Below are positions 35,101 through 47,635 of a stretch of DNA of 64,000 bases, piece by piece. Below the pieces are notes generated by a model, which was given only the letters and a program-made list of their open reading frames with translations, was not told the origin of the DNA and searched no databases. The stretch lies in the NCBI GenBank assembly GCA_950097015.1, contig CATNEN010000007.1, positions 558,001-622,000 on the forward strand, read 5' to 3'. The position numbers were made by a program, and so were the translations under genes. Every line of letters starts with the position of its first letter. Within the stretch, counting starts at the first letter, position 1. The DNA comes from Macrostomum hystrix (lineage: Eukaryota; Animalia; Platyhelminthes).

Positions 35101-36630
35101 TTTGGGCTCAAGATGACTCATACCCATTGACCCCTCAACGAATACATTTTGCACATGCAACTGATTTTACAAGGAAACTAAATTGATTCCAATTTCTGAT
35201 TCATTTTAACTGCGGTATTTTAGTGGAACCATCAAAATACGACATCGACTTGAACATCACGAAGTTCTGGGTTGTGGGACTGACAGCAGTGTTTACATTC
35301 ATCACTGAAGGCTCGTTCCCGATGCCAGTGCACAGGTGCTGGCTGGTGAATGCTTCTGGTTGGCCAATGAACTCTGTGCTCCCTAAAATCTCAGTAAGAG
35401 AGAAATTTCAGTAAGAAAGTATCTCATGTATTGGAATATTTTATCAGGAATAAAATAGTAAGCTTAATAGTAAGCTATCATCTTAAGAACGGCAGTGTCA
35501 ATAAGAAGCCACCATTTTCAGAAAAAGAACTCCAGCAATGGTTTGTTAATCAATCTGAGCACAAACTTCAGTGTGTCTGTAGAGGCCACCCTCGAAGGGC
35601 AATCTTTGCATTGTGTGTATCAGGTATCTGGTTCAAAAACAAGCGTCAATAAAAAGATCCCCAGGCTACTGAGTAAGTTCTCAACGATTGGCCTGAAAAT
35701 ATAAGCATTAAATTAAGTTTCTTTAAACCTTGAGCTCAATGCCTTTTAGAGCGCTGTGACACGCAGTTTCACCTGAAGCCATCAGCCAGCTGGATTGACG
35801 GGCAAACAGCAGTCGTGACAGTCGACTCATCAGATGAGGTCAGAACTGGTGGAGGAGGAGCTAATGTGACATCAGCCAAAAACTGGGTGCCAACAAGCCA
35901 TGCGTGTTTCATTCGAGACGATGGAAACAGATCGCTGCCAATGCAGCTTGTTGAAGTGAGTTGCAGAAGTGGATGTTCTGAAACTCTTATGTTAAATTTT
36001 CTTAGGAAACTTTTTATAACAATAAAAAACAATATTTTCAATAGGATCGTATACTTGCGAATTGTTGGAAACGAACAAGTTATAGAATTAAAAAAAGAGT
36101 TGGTAATATTTCAGAACAGCAACATGAGCAGCACATTCTCGGTGAATGTTAGCAGACACTGGGGCAGCTCAGCATCGATTGCGTGCCTGGTTAATCAGTC
36201 AGGACTCATCGAGACCTGGGCTCATCACAGACTGCCACCTGTGCTGTGTGAGTTTATAGTGTTTTTGTGCATAAACCCTTTAACTTATACAAATAGGCTT
36301 TATGCACATTTATTGCTCTTTTACATATAATCACACATACATAGACTGTCACAATGCATTTGAATACGCATTCAGTTATAAAGCCGGTGCGTAAAAGGTT
36401 GGACTGTTAAATGTTTATTCATATACACAGTATTCTGTGATTCAATCTATCTGTGACATTCAAACTGCGAAGTTTAAATAATATCGTAGCGAAAATTATC
36501 AGAAGCTGTTAGATTTCTTATGTGTTAAGCTCGCTTTTATAAACATTTTATTGATACCTTGCAACACAACATGAGTTATCTGAGACGTGATCACAAAAGT
36601 TATGCTATTGAGCATGTTTTATGACATCCT
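32149..36630 (+). repeat. ~4.5-kb segmental duplication, copy 2
   Basis: Matches 8900-13392. Confidence 0.95.
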
Positions 36631-39600
36631 CACAGAACATCAAAGCCAATACGAATTTCAGACCAGCCAAATCCTCCAGCAGTCATCGGCTTGGCAACCA
36701 AATTCTACGAAGGCATCGGCGTGAACTTCTCTGTCAGGTCAGGTGAAGCGAATCCGAGAGTCTCTCACAGCTGCTCCACAGAGCACGGCCTGATTGTGAG
36801 TCACCATAAATATTTCTGCTGCTACTCAAATACTAACACACTGCATACTAACACACTGCACTGACACTGGTCTTCATGCATTCCAGGAAGTCGTCAGTGA
36901 ACCCTCGACCTCTCTTGACTCAGCAACCGAGATGAGTTACAAGCCTGACAAGCGTGACAGCAGAGTGCGCTGCTCAGCCGTGCAGACCTTCCAGTCGCAG
37001 GTCGTGTTCAACTACAGCTTCGAGCACAATGTCAGCGTCAACTGTGAGAAGTTTTCGCCTATCCTGAGATGACCTTCGGGGTTCAAAGTGTTTGAAATGT
37101 TACACAATACACCCCGGTTAAATAGAGAAAAGTTGAGTTTCCTATCTATCATTTTGCATAACGCATTTATTGAGTCTACTCTGTGTTGCAGACAAGGCGA
37201 ACAACACAGTGCTGATCAGCCCTCGTGACTGGTCCGTGGAGGGCCGTGTCACCAACGTCACTCTGGTCTCAGTGGGTGGCAGACCCGCTGTGCGACACTC
37301 CGGCTGCTGGGTTGGCGACAATGAGCTGTTCAGCTCGAGTGTGAGTGCAGCAATCACTTCGCTACCTAAAGAGAGCACTTGTTTCACTTTCCTCAAGCAA
37401 AGCCCATAAAAACAATGACAGGAAAGAGCTTTGGCCAATGCTGAATCAGATCGGAGATCCGAGCAGCATCTTTGGCTTAATGCATCAAGAAGGCACAATG
37501 GAAAGACTCTCAAATGCAAATTCACACAGGACGAGAAACTCATTGAGTGGATTGAAAATTATACGTTCAACGTTTTTTGTAAGAAATTTCATTTTCTGAG
37601 GCCAGTGCTTACATTTTGATATCAAATGGCCAATCAGTTTATAGGTCTTCCTAAAATTCTATGTCCAATCTGAAGCAATCGAGTGAACACATTCGTTTAA
37701 GTCCTCTATTTATTGTATTCACTAACTACTTTCAGTATTTTATGAGATTGCTTGACTTGACTTGACTTGACTCCCTAGTGATTCAGTTCTCCCTGCTGTG
37801 AAAGGGAACCAGCATCAACTGGGGTAGAAATTCAAGTTGGTGTGGCGGCCAGCCCAGTCCACGGACTGAACAGCTGTTCAGTCAGCCTTTGGAAGCGGCA
37901 AGCAGCAGCAATAGCTGCTGCTGTCACTGCCTGTGCATCTGCCCCAACTGGGCTAATGTATCATTCTATAATTCTATACATTATAATTCTATAATTTATA
38001 AAAAATTCGTACTGAGCATTTAAATAAGTGTTTGTTTGAGTTCTATTTGTTTAAGTTCTAGTTTTTTGTAAAGTGCATGCGGTGCAGCCAATAACAGTAG
38101 TAAGACCACGGTGGCTTTCATGTACTCACATCTCGCTTTTTCTGTATCTCCCAAAATATTCGAACAATCGCCATCAAAATCCAGAAAACTGACCAGAATT
38201 TCGCGTGAAGTTTTCGTGGAGCTGTCCTGAAGTAGGCAGTGGGTATTTCAAATACTCCGAGGTCCTTACCCACCGGGAAAATAGCGTGCTCTTTCTACTG
38301 TAAATTAAAAAACTGATAATAAAAAGATTTTAACTAACGTTGAATTCGCGCATTCCAATTCATTTCCAGATGAAGCTGCAGTCGCTTCTATCCGACTGTT
38401 CAGTAAGAAAATACGAAGCGGTTCGTTGACTAAATTTTCGCTTGAATCTTCCCATCAGGGAAATCCACCTGCTCAACATGAGTGCTCTATTTCTGGAAGG
38501 AATCTTAGTCTCATCTTGGTGAGTAGCATTGTGATGATTTCCTTGTAAGAGTGATTGTACAAGCCTTGACCAATCTTTCAGCCTCCGTCTAAGCCCAATG
38601 CCTCATCGAAATGGGAGTTCACACCATTGGTCAGTGACAATGGGAAGAGCATCAGCTGCCGTGTACTGCAGGTAGCTGGTAATGAAGTCAAGTTCAACTG
38701 GTCAGTCAACAGCGAGCCACTCGATGTGCTTTGTGAGTGTGGATTTAAATACTTTAATGATTTATCACCACGCTCACAAGTGACCAAGCCAAAGCCAATT
38801 TTCTCGCAGATGCATCCAACAGCTCCTGGAATGCGACTCAAGCATTTCTAATGAAGGAAGGCGAGTCCATGTCTGTGCGGATGAGCTCAGTCGATGGCAA
38901 CCCAAGCACGACTCACCAGTGCTGGCTACAGACAGCTGAAAACGGTTCGATAAATTTGACTGCCACACCGACGGAAAGTGCAAACACTTCACAGTTGAAA
39001 CTGAGCAGAACTTTCGGCATTAGATTGACGAATCGCATGAATGCCGGTGTGCTGACGTGTCGAGCATCTCAGAAGGGTCTCGAAGATCTGGACGTTGTAT
39101 TCAGACAAAACATTACTGTCTATTGTAAGTTGATTTCATAGCTTCCAATTAGAAAAACTGAAGCACTCTTTTAACGTCTCCTTCAATTATTTTCACCCAG
39201 ACGCTGCTAACGCGAGTCTGCTGGAATCATGCTTCAACGGGACATATTTTTATGCCAACCTAAGCTTGTCGCATGGCAACCCATCACCAGTTGCCAACTG
39301 CACCATTGATGGACGAATTCCGGATGCTTTCGTAAATCCGTGGACCACTTTTGAAGTTTGCTTTCCCCGAGACACAAAGCTTTTCATTTGCTATAATTAC
39401 ATTTCAGAATCTGACTCAAAGGGCTGGTCTATTTCAGAATTCGTCCTATTCCGTCAGCCATAAACTGGATGAGTACAAGGAAACTATTAATATGACATGT
39501 TACTACCTGCAGGTGGGAACAGTGAACTACTCGAGAATTCATAGCTGGTTACTCAATTCTACAGGTAAAGTCACCAAAAGGCCTATTTTGTTTTTAACCA

Positions 39601-40304
39601 AGCAAAGCTGCTCAAAATTTATGTTTCATCTTTTGTCGTATTTTGCAGGAAATTTTTCGCGTCACGATGGCGTGAGCTCAGAAGACTTAAAGGCTAAAGG
39701 CTTAATTTACCTAGGTTTCTTGCTGCCGCTATTGTTTCTATTGTTGGTCTTGGTTGCCGTGGCAACCAAAGTGCTGCTGCGAAGGCAAGCGGCAGTCCAT
39801 CAGGTTGTCATCCGGCCCAGGCAATCAGCTGAAGTTGCCACTGACTGTCGCACGTCGCTCGAGTTGGAGCAGGTGTTCAGAAAGACGCACTACCTGTACA
39901 AGGTGGGCATGGTTAATCGTGCGTGCACACTCACATCCTCATCCTCATCCTCATCCACATCCTCGTCCTCACCCACATCCTCATCCTCATCCCGATCCAT
40001 ATCCACATCCACATCCACACCCACATCCTCATCCTCATCCACACCCACATCCTCATCCTCATCCTCATTCTCATCCTCATCCTCATCCACATCCACATCC
40101 AGAATCCTACACATCCTGGTGTGTATGCCTAATCAGACCTGGCTGTATTTTCTCTTCTCTTCATTTCAGGAACGCGCTGGTATGGAGTACGCCACAGTTG
40201 TCGGGCCAGGTACATCAGCTCCTGGTCTGTCGGACAGTCAGGACACAGTCTACGAAGTAATTGTTGGTCACATCAATGAGCAAGGCGAGCTTGTCACGAT
40301 TTGA
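33716..40304 (+). CDS. Locus C: type I membrane receptor with F-type-lectin-like domain, 8 Ig-like domains, TM and ITSM-like tail (~1.1 kaa; leader exon not located)
   Basis: Exons 33716-33937, 34142-34347, 34423-34510, 34651-34817, 34901-35036, 35224-35345, 35522-35672, 35750-35955, 36115-36247, 36662-36795, 36887-37043, 37192-37340, 37422-37578, 38370-38518, 38582-38732, 38810-39124, 39201-39355, 39408-39564, 39649-39902 and 40170-40304. All are GT-AG, phase-consistent and without stops. Ig motifs include WEFTPLVSDNGKSISCRV. TM LIYLGFLLPLLFLLLVLVAVA. Tail MEYATV and TVYEVI. Confidence 0.85.
38218..38298. repeat. Dispersed ~80-bp repeat, inverted copy at 44798-44877
   Basis: GAAGTAGGCAGTGGGTATTT...AAATAGCG..CTTTCTAC is present in opposite orientations at the two sites. 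Confidence 0.75.
39932..40100. repeat. (CATCCT/CACATC)n microsatellite in the last intron of locus C
   Basis: Seen directly, between the donor at 39903 and the acceptor at 40169. Confidence 0.95.
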
Positions 40305-40413
40305 GTGAGGTAGTTTGGAGATCAACCTGGTGTCTTTTATAAGCATAACTTTTACGCTGCTGGACTTAGGAATCTGTAATCTGGAGGTGGCATTTTATAA
40401 TCCGGTGGGAATA

Positions 40414-40615
40414 GGGGTTTTAGCCTGGTGGCTGGAGCGTCTTACTCACGACTTAAAGGTCGGGGGTTCGATTCCCAACTTCACAAGAAAAATTTTCAAG
40501 AGACTTAACTCTACATGGCTTCAGTTCACCCAGCTGTAAATGGGTACCTGCATTATCTAGGTTAATTGAGGGTGGATGTGGCGACCCTTCCCAGTCCATG
40601 GACTGAACAGCCGTA
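40414..40615 (+). mobile_element. tRNA-derived SINE with CORE-like domain (other copies 37793-37880 partial, 44391-44524 minus, 46296-46770 interrupted)
   Basis: A-box-like TAGCCTGGTGG, B box GGTTCGATTCC at 40465-40475, then GACTTAAC...CAGTTCACCCAGCTGTAAATGGGTACC and a shared 3' CAGTCCAYGGACTGAAYAGCCGTA. Confidence 0.8.
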
Positions 40616-41934
40616 TTAACAAAAATTAATCTTTTTTTCGAGAAAGTAAAAGAGTTAAAAGTTATACTTCTGTTTGGTGGATATTATAATTTACTTCAAA
40701 TATATTTTCGCACAGTAGAGCCCATGAAACATAAAAAATTAATCACGCTATAAAGACTGTCGTTTGATTGTCGAGTATGGCTGTCAGATATCAGAGCCGT
40801 TCTGGAATTCATCAGCCACGTCAGAAGATGCTCCGTGATTGTGTTAGAATTCCCAACTTGTCATTGACATTAAATGGTCGTACGAACGGTCTTTTTAGTT
40901 TTTTTCGTTTTTAAATATAATGTTTTATTTTTCTATTGGTATTTTTTACTCTAGATTCCACAGTTAATCCAGATCTTCATTTTAAACCCGAAGTTTTCGC
41001 TACTCAGAATCACTCATATGATGCAATTGTGTTTTTATAAAATTACTGAGCTCAAGAAATTTAAACGAACTGTCGAATTTTTTGTAATTCAATTCTTTAT
41101 TTGTGGATTCCTGAATATTCCAGAATCTTCCATGTACGTCGTAAAATGCTTACTAACGTTTTTACTCCACGCAAAATCTTATAAAATTCTCTACGAATAA
41201 AAAATATTTATTATTTTAAGGCGTTCATTATAGCAGCACGTTGAAGGGCTATGAATAATCAGTAGTCCTTCATTTTAAGCCAATGAAGCGATATCCTAGG
41301 CATGTTTCAATAACGAATAAACAAAGTGCTGTGAAATTATTGTTAAAGCTTGTTTACAGCGAATTTGAAAAACAAATGAATTTTGCTACGAAGAAGGAAA
41401 CTTATACTCGTATATTTTCCAGCTAACGAGCAGACTAAAAATACGAGCGATATATTATGGCCTTATAATATATTATGGGCAAATATATTTTGGTTGCTTA
41501 TTGCACAATTAGTACGCACGTACATGTACTATTGCAAGTAGCAAGTGCGGATTACGGAAATGTTCAATAAATCATGATGGTATAGGCTGTTAACATGAGT
41601 AGCTTAAAAATCCATTTAAAAATACTGACTACTGTTAGTACTGATTTTGCTTCAAATTTAGCGGAATTAGCTGTATTGACTTTATTTTCTGAAATTACTT
41701 TCCCTCGACTTAATGTTAGTTATCTTTCTTGAAGCTTCACTTGGCCCTTGGTTTGTTGCCAACGCAACCATGCAGGTGGGATGTAGGCTGCAGTACTAAA
41801 GTCCCTAAATATAAAAACTATAGCAAAATGCCACTAGTTTAAGGGAACATCGGCGGAATAAATCGGGTCATCCCGTTAACACGGACTGTGAGCATAGTCC
41901 TTTCTGAGCTGTAAGCTGAGCTGAGGCGGCTGTT

Positions 41935-44900
41935 TCATGGAGCCCCAGAACTGCTGTCGTCTTCACCTGTTGGGGTCATCGAATTGCTTTCTTGAAACTC
42001 TTTGCCTGCTTGCTGCTTCACGTCTTGCTCCGTCTGTAGCAGTGGTGAGAGCTCGCTTTTATCAGCATCTGCTCCTTCCTGCAGCTTGTCGCTAGGGGAA
42101 GCGACATTAAGCGATCTCGCTTCCGACATCTCTAGTTCGTCTGACTTCTGCTTCTGCTGTTTGAGCTTCTTCTGCCGCTGGTGCATTGTGGGCAGCTCGG
42201 CAATATCCGGCAGCCGGGACAGTTTGGATGCTGTGCCATCGACTGTGTCGTCTCGACGCCCAAAGCGAAACTGATCGTCTGGTAGCGAGCGCCAGAGCTC
42301 AGTCATTGCTGAGGGCGAAGCCGCACTGGGCATGCTCTGAGGCTCGCTCTCACTGACTGCTTTCTTTGCACCCAGCTGACTGCGTTGCGGCTGCTTCTGC
42401 TGCTGCTGAATCTGAAGCGGAGACCGCTGGTGGTCGCCGGCAGTAGTTCGGGTCCGTCTGCGGTCGCCTCGCTTGCCTTTCAGAAACGATAAGGACTGTT
42501 GTTTGTTAGATAGACTGAATAGAGAAATTATAATTTGTCTTTCTTAGAGCTACCGAGTGGTCCTAGAAACAAAAGTACAGTCCGGTATTTACTCACCGGC
42601 TGGCTTTTTGAGCTCCTGCAGCAGAGGCGGCAAGCGTCGACCCTGAGCTGCCGTTGCAGTGCCGGCTTCGCAATCGACCACAGCGGCTGACAATGGCCGT
42701 GTTTCCTCCTCGTCATTTTCCGTGTCCTCTTCTTCATCGTCATTCTCGCCATCATCGTCGTTGTCAGTTCCCGTCCCGGAAGCTTCCGGGATGCCCGGCA
42801 GAAGGTTGATTCTGGACGCTGACGGCTCAGTCGGCGTGATCGAAGGCACGGCGATGCTAGCCGTGGAGCCGTACCAGCCATCGCTCATTGCGAACCGCTC
42901 AGAGGCCTCAGTATAGGATAGCTGCGGATCCTCCGACTGCCACCAGACGTCGCGTTGAAGTTTCGGCTCTTTACGGAGCATGCCGTCGACGGCGTAGAGG
43001 CCAACCTTCAGGTTGCGGTCGACGATGAAGTTGCATTCGAAGTCGTCGTCGTCCTCGCCGAATGGATTTAGCATCTGCTCGGCTACCTGAAGGCAGTCGC
43101 GGAGGAAAGTTTGGTGAAGTTATGCTACAGTTTTATGGCTAAGAAGTTTAGACAGAACTGACCTTGAGCCATCCGAGGTAGAAGAACAGCTGCATCAATG
43201 TGTCGATTGGAACGTACAAATCGATGGCGTACTTGGCCGACACTTCTGGTCCAAACTCTGCCCGCACGCTGGTGTGATTCAGGTACTGCCTGGACAGCAC
43301 CGTGTTGATGAAGAAGCCGTACACTGAGATTGTTGCCACCTGAAATCCGATTTAGTTTCCATAGAGCGATAAAAGAAGAATAATAATAATTGCAGGAGGG
43401 CTGCGGCCAATGTCACATCATTTGGTGACACTAGACCCGAAACCAGCGAGGAGGCAATTCTGCCTGACTCCTGTGCACACACGCACACAGATATTGTACG
43501 CAGGCATTCGCTCACACAGGTGTGTACATCTGCCCTGACTTTCTCATCGTCAGGCAGAGTACAGTCTCACTGTCACTGAAAGGCGCAAATTGCAGGATGA
43601 GCCCCAAGCCTTCTCTCCGTGGCTGCGCCCCAAAATGAATGCGGCCTCGCACCGCCACCGACCCCATTCCATAGATCGATAGAAATCGGTAGAAAAGTAC
43701 AACCTAGCCCGATTGGGCCTAGTTCAAACAATGTGTGCAGCGATAGTCCATGGACTGAGCAGGCTACCACACCCACCCAAATTTCTGCCCTAGCTGATGA
43801 TGTCTTGCATATGGACGCAAATTTTATATTTGGACGCTCTTATATTCAATAAACTCAAACACTCAAATTCAATTTTGCTATGGCATTGATGAACTGAATG
43901 TTGGTATGGCATTGCTTGCTCTCTCAAACAACTCAATGAAGTAGCAAAAAAATCCTTACCTGAGTGTAGACCAGTGGCAGGCTGATCCAATCGTAGGAGA
44001 ACACGGTGCCCAAGCAGCTCTTGTAGGTGCTTAGTTCCTGAAAGCGATTCGACAGAAATTCGAAATAATGATCCAATTTTAATAGCGCTCCATATAAAAA
44101 ATAGAGTAAAAAATCACAGTATTAAAGTTATTGCAAAGTTAAAAATAAAAATTATTATTTATATAAAATAAAATCGCCAACATTGAGCAGCACGACCAAG
44201 CTGTAGCTGTCCCGGATCTTCTTCTCCCGGCGGGCCCGGCCGAACAGCATGGCGCACCAGTGAGTCGGCAGCCAGTACTTCGACGAGATGTGCGGCACCT
44301 TCTCGTCGTTGTACAGGTCAAACTCTTGCTTCGTCATCAGGCCTGTTGAGAAGATATGTTGAGACTTCTGATCATTAGAAAACTAACGACTTGATAGCTG
44401 GGTGAGCTGAAGCAGTGCAAAGTTAAGTGTCTTGCTAAAGGACACAAATTATTCCAGTAAAGTCGGGCATCGAACCCCGACCTTCAAGTCGTGAGTCCGA
44501 TGCTCTGAGTGCAAGGCTTAACCACTTGTTTCGACACAAAAATCCGTTGCAATTGTTTATTCATTCTTTTCTGGAACCGGGACAGCAAAGCACGCTAAAC
44601 TCGCCTTGTTTAACTAGGCTTTCAACATCCGGGAAGCGCTTCTTGATTGGCGCACTGACAGCCATCAGCAGCAGCACCTCGGACAGCAGCAGGTATCTGA
44701 TAATGGTCCTCCGCAGCATCACCGTAGCTTCATCTAGACCAGGAATGAGCACACTGATGTAGGACATCATGCTGTGGATGGCGGTGAGTGTTTACCAGTA
44801 GAAAGACCGCTATTTTACCCCAGGGGAAGGACCATGGAGGTATTTCAAATACCCACTGCCTACTTCACGATAGCTCCCAAATGAAATGAACGCTTTTCGT

Positions 44901-47635
44901 GAAAGTTCACCGTATGAATCAATCTTTTCCGCCCTTTACGATGACGAAACTTTCAAAGCCATTCGGCGTCAGCATCGTCGAGATATTCAGCGATTCTTGT
45001 AGGAGACCCTGGTGACAAGGACAAATAACATTGCTCTGGAGTCAGTATTAAACTTCTATGGCGAATCCATATTGGCTCAAAGATAAAACAATAACCGCTA
45101 TAATCAATACAATATAATAAACAATAATAGCCTACATGCATGTTTCATATTGAAACATTTTCAGCAGAAAAGTTATGCCTATATTATTGGTTTTCGCCAC
45201 CAGACACCCCGACAACAATCGTTGAATGTCTCGATGATGCGCATGCTTTGTGATTCTGTGATACATTAACATAAAAATCTGGGTGTTTGAAAAAAACCTT
45301 TTTACTTTACTTTATTGCAGGGGGCCTGTGGCACTCGACGCACAAGCGCAGGAACGGCATGCCCCCAAGCCGGCGAACTAGGTGTGAGTCGCCCATCGCG
45401 CCATCTGGATCCCTGGACACAGGCACCTCACACACAGCCGCAAGCCAAGCGGGGAAGGGGGCGGCAGCCGGAGTGACTCTCACCCCAGGCCCGCACACAC
45501 ACAGAGCTGACCAAACCAGGGGAGGACTTAGATGCCTGAGGGGTTGGGACGAGAGGACCAAGCCACGCGCGCAGACGGCTGGTGAAACCTCGCCGCTCAG
45601 AGCACGCATGGCTGGTGCACACCCGCCCCACCCCCATACAACGCCTCACACCCGGCCCAACGCACAAACACAAACACAAAGAAGCAGGCATGCAGAAGGC
45701 AGGGGTTAAGCTATTTTAAATTAGCTTTGGTTGCCCATAATAAGGTGCATCTCCGCAAGTCACTACTTCGCAAACCTCCATCTAAGCCCCGAAATAATCG
45801 TGACTTGGAGGGAGAAACGAACCAGCGACCATTGGAAAGTGAGGCAGCGCCACTCACTCTCCCCCGTTTGAAAAACCCCAGTGTTCTTTCAACTGTTAAC
45901 CCAGCCGAATGAATAAAAACACGTTAGCTCAGTGGGCACACGAGATCCGCTCACCGATCTGGCCAAGGGATGTTCATGAACTGCGACCACCAGCGCTGGA
46001 CCACAACGCTGACGTAGAAGCCGAGGACGAAGGTCACGGGCAGGATGCTCTCAAAGGTGCCGCAGTAGACGACCACCTTTTCGAATAGCCTGTACGGTTT
46101 TTACCAGGGGGAGTTTGAAGTTTTTTTAAAGGTGTTTTCCTGCAGCGAGTGACTGTGCCCGTGATGAGAGACTGTTCTTAAATGTGCTTGCTTCCAGTGA
46201 GAGACGGTGCATGTGTGAGTAAATCCTGATTATATATAGCCAGTTATCGAACACAGACAAGACTATTGCCGCGCATATATTTTGTACATTATTATAGCAT
46301 GGGATTGTTGCCTAGTCGTTAGAGCGTCAGGCTAACGACTTGAAGGTCAGTTGTTCGATTCCCGACTCCACTGGAACATTTAGTCTCCTTTGGCAAGGCC
46401 TACACACCTGATATTAATAATAATAATTGCAGGAGGGCTGCTGGCAATGGCACATCAACAGGACTCTGATGACTCCTGAGCACACATGCCACAGATACTG
46501 TACAGAGGCACACACTCACACAGGTGTGTACATCTGCCCTGACTTTCTCATCGTCAGGCAGTGCACACTTCCACTGTGCCTTGGAGGTTGACCCTCAAGG
46601 GCGTAAGTTGCACTCCAAGCCCCCAAGCCTTCCCTCCGCGGCTGCGCCCCTTGCAAGACACTTAGCTCTGCTTAAACTTCGTTCATCCAGCTGTTAAATA
46701 GGTACCAGCATTAGCTGTGGTAAGTGAGGGTAGGTGTGGCTTCTCACCAGTCCACGGACTGAATAGCCGTACGCAGCCTTCAGATGCACAGCACTGGGGC
46801 AGTGCTGTCGGCTGCACATCTGAACCAATTCGGGTAGGTGCAATCAATTTTTTTCTTTTTATAAATATTGTAGCTGCTACACGGTTTTCATATTGAAAAG
46901 TAGCTGCTCTACTACATTTGTGTCATGTAGGTGCATGATGCACCTGTGCCTTGTGCAAGCAATTTGTGTCCCTGAGCAAGGAATTCGACTTAATGACAAT
47001 TAGTTTAAAAACAATGGGTTGAATATCTGTAAACACACGTTTTGGAAGAGCCGCGCGATTGCTGCGGCTGCGCCACTGCAGCTGTACATACTTACGTAAG
47101 ACATACCTACGGCAGTCTTACGTTAGCTAGTACAGGCAGTTCTTAGCCTGATGTTGTCAGAGTTGAAGTTGGCAATTAGTCACCGGATGCATTGTGCTAA
47201 TGAACTAGCCGCTTGTTAAAAGCCTTTTTCGTTGTTTATATTCATATTCGACCGTACAGTCCGCAAAATGCATGTTATTACCTTTGCAAAGAACGTCACT
47301 CCAACACAGAAAACCAGGCTTAGCGTTTGTCAAAGTTATTTTTTGCGGGAGCCTTTTAATTCCTTTGAGGTTAGACCTCGTTTCTCATTATTCAAGGCCA
47401 AAAAACAAATAAGCAAAATAAGCAAAACAAAATTCGAGACCAAAATCTCAATTTACTTCTTCTGCGCTTGGTTCAACGCGAACCGGTAGACGCACGAGCC
47501 CGCGGCGTACAGTGTACAGAAGATTAGCAGCTCCAGAAACACCAGCTTGTACACTGACGCTCGCCAGATGGTTAGCAGGCGGGCCAGACCGAACAGTCGA
47601 ACAGATGTGACTCGGTAGGAATACGAGAAGGTCAT
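41935..47635 (-). CDS. BEST: Bestrophin (calcium-activated chloride channel family), 8 coding exons
   Basis: Exons 47635-47457, 46089-45955, 44771-44605, 44342-44182, 44037-43960, 43339-43163, 43086-42597 and 42476-41935. Motifs MTFSYS, FVLGFYVSVVVQRWW, KRFP, YDWISLPLVYTQV and NPFGEDDDDFE. The specific ortholog is not determinable. Confidence 0.95.
43379..43631 (-). mobile_element. Short retroposon-like repeat with (TTA)n tail (second copy 46415-46650)
   Basis: Two colinear copies, TAATAATAATTGCAGGAGGGCTG...GGCTGCGCCCC. The second lies inside a SINE. Confidence 0.7.

Noticed and set aside
39754-40260. Poly-HP, poly-S and poly-DE ORFs
   Set aside because: They are read-through of a hexamer microsatellite lying inside a GT-AG intron of locus C.
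40414-40490. tRNA genes at 40414, 44460-44524 and 46296
   Set aside because: A/B boxes are present, but the acceptor stems are degenerate and each continues into a shared SINE body.
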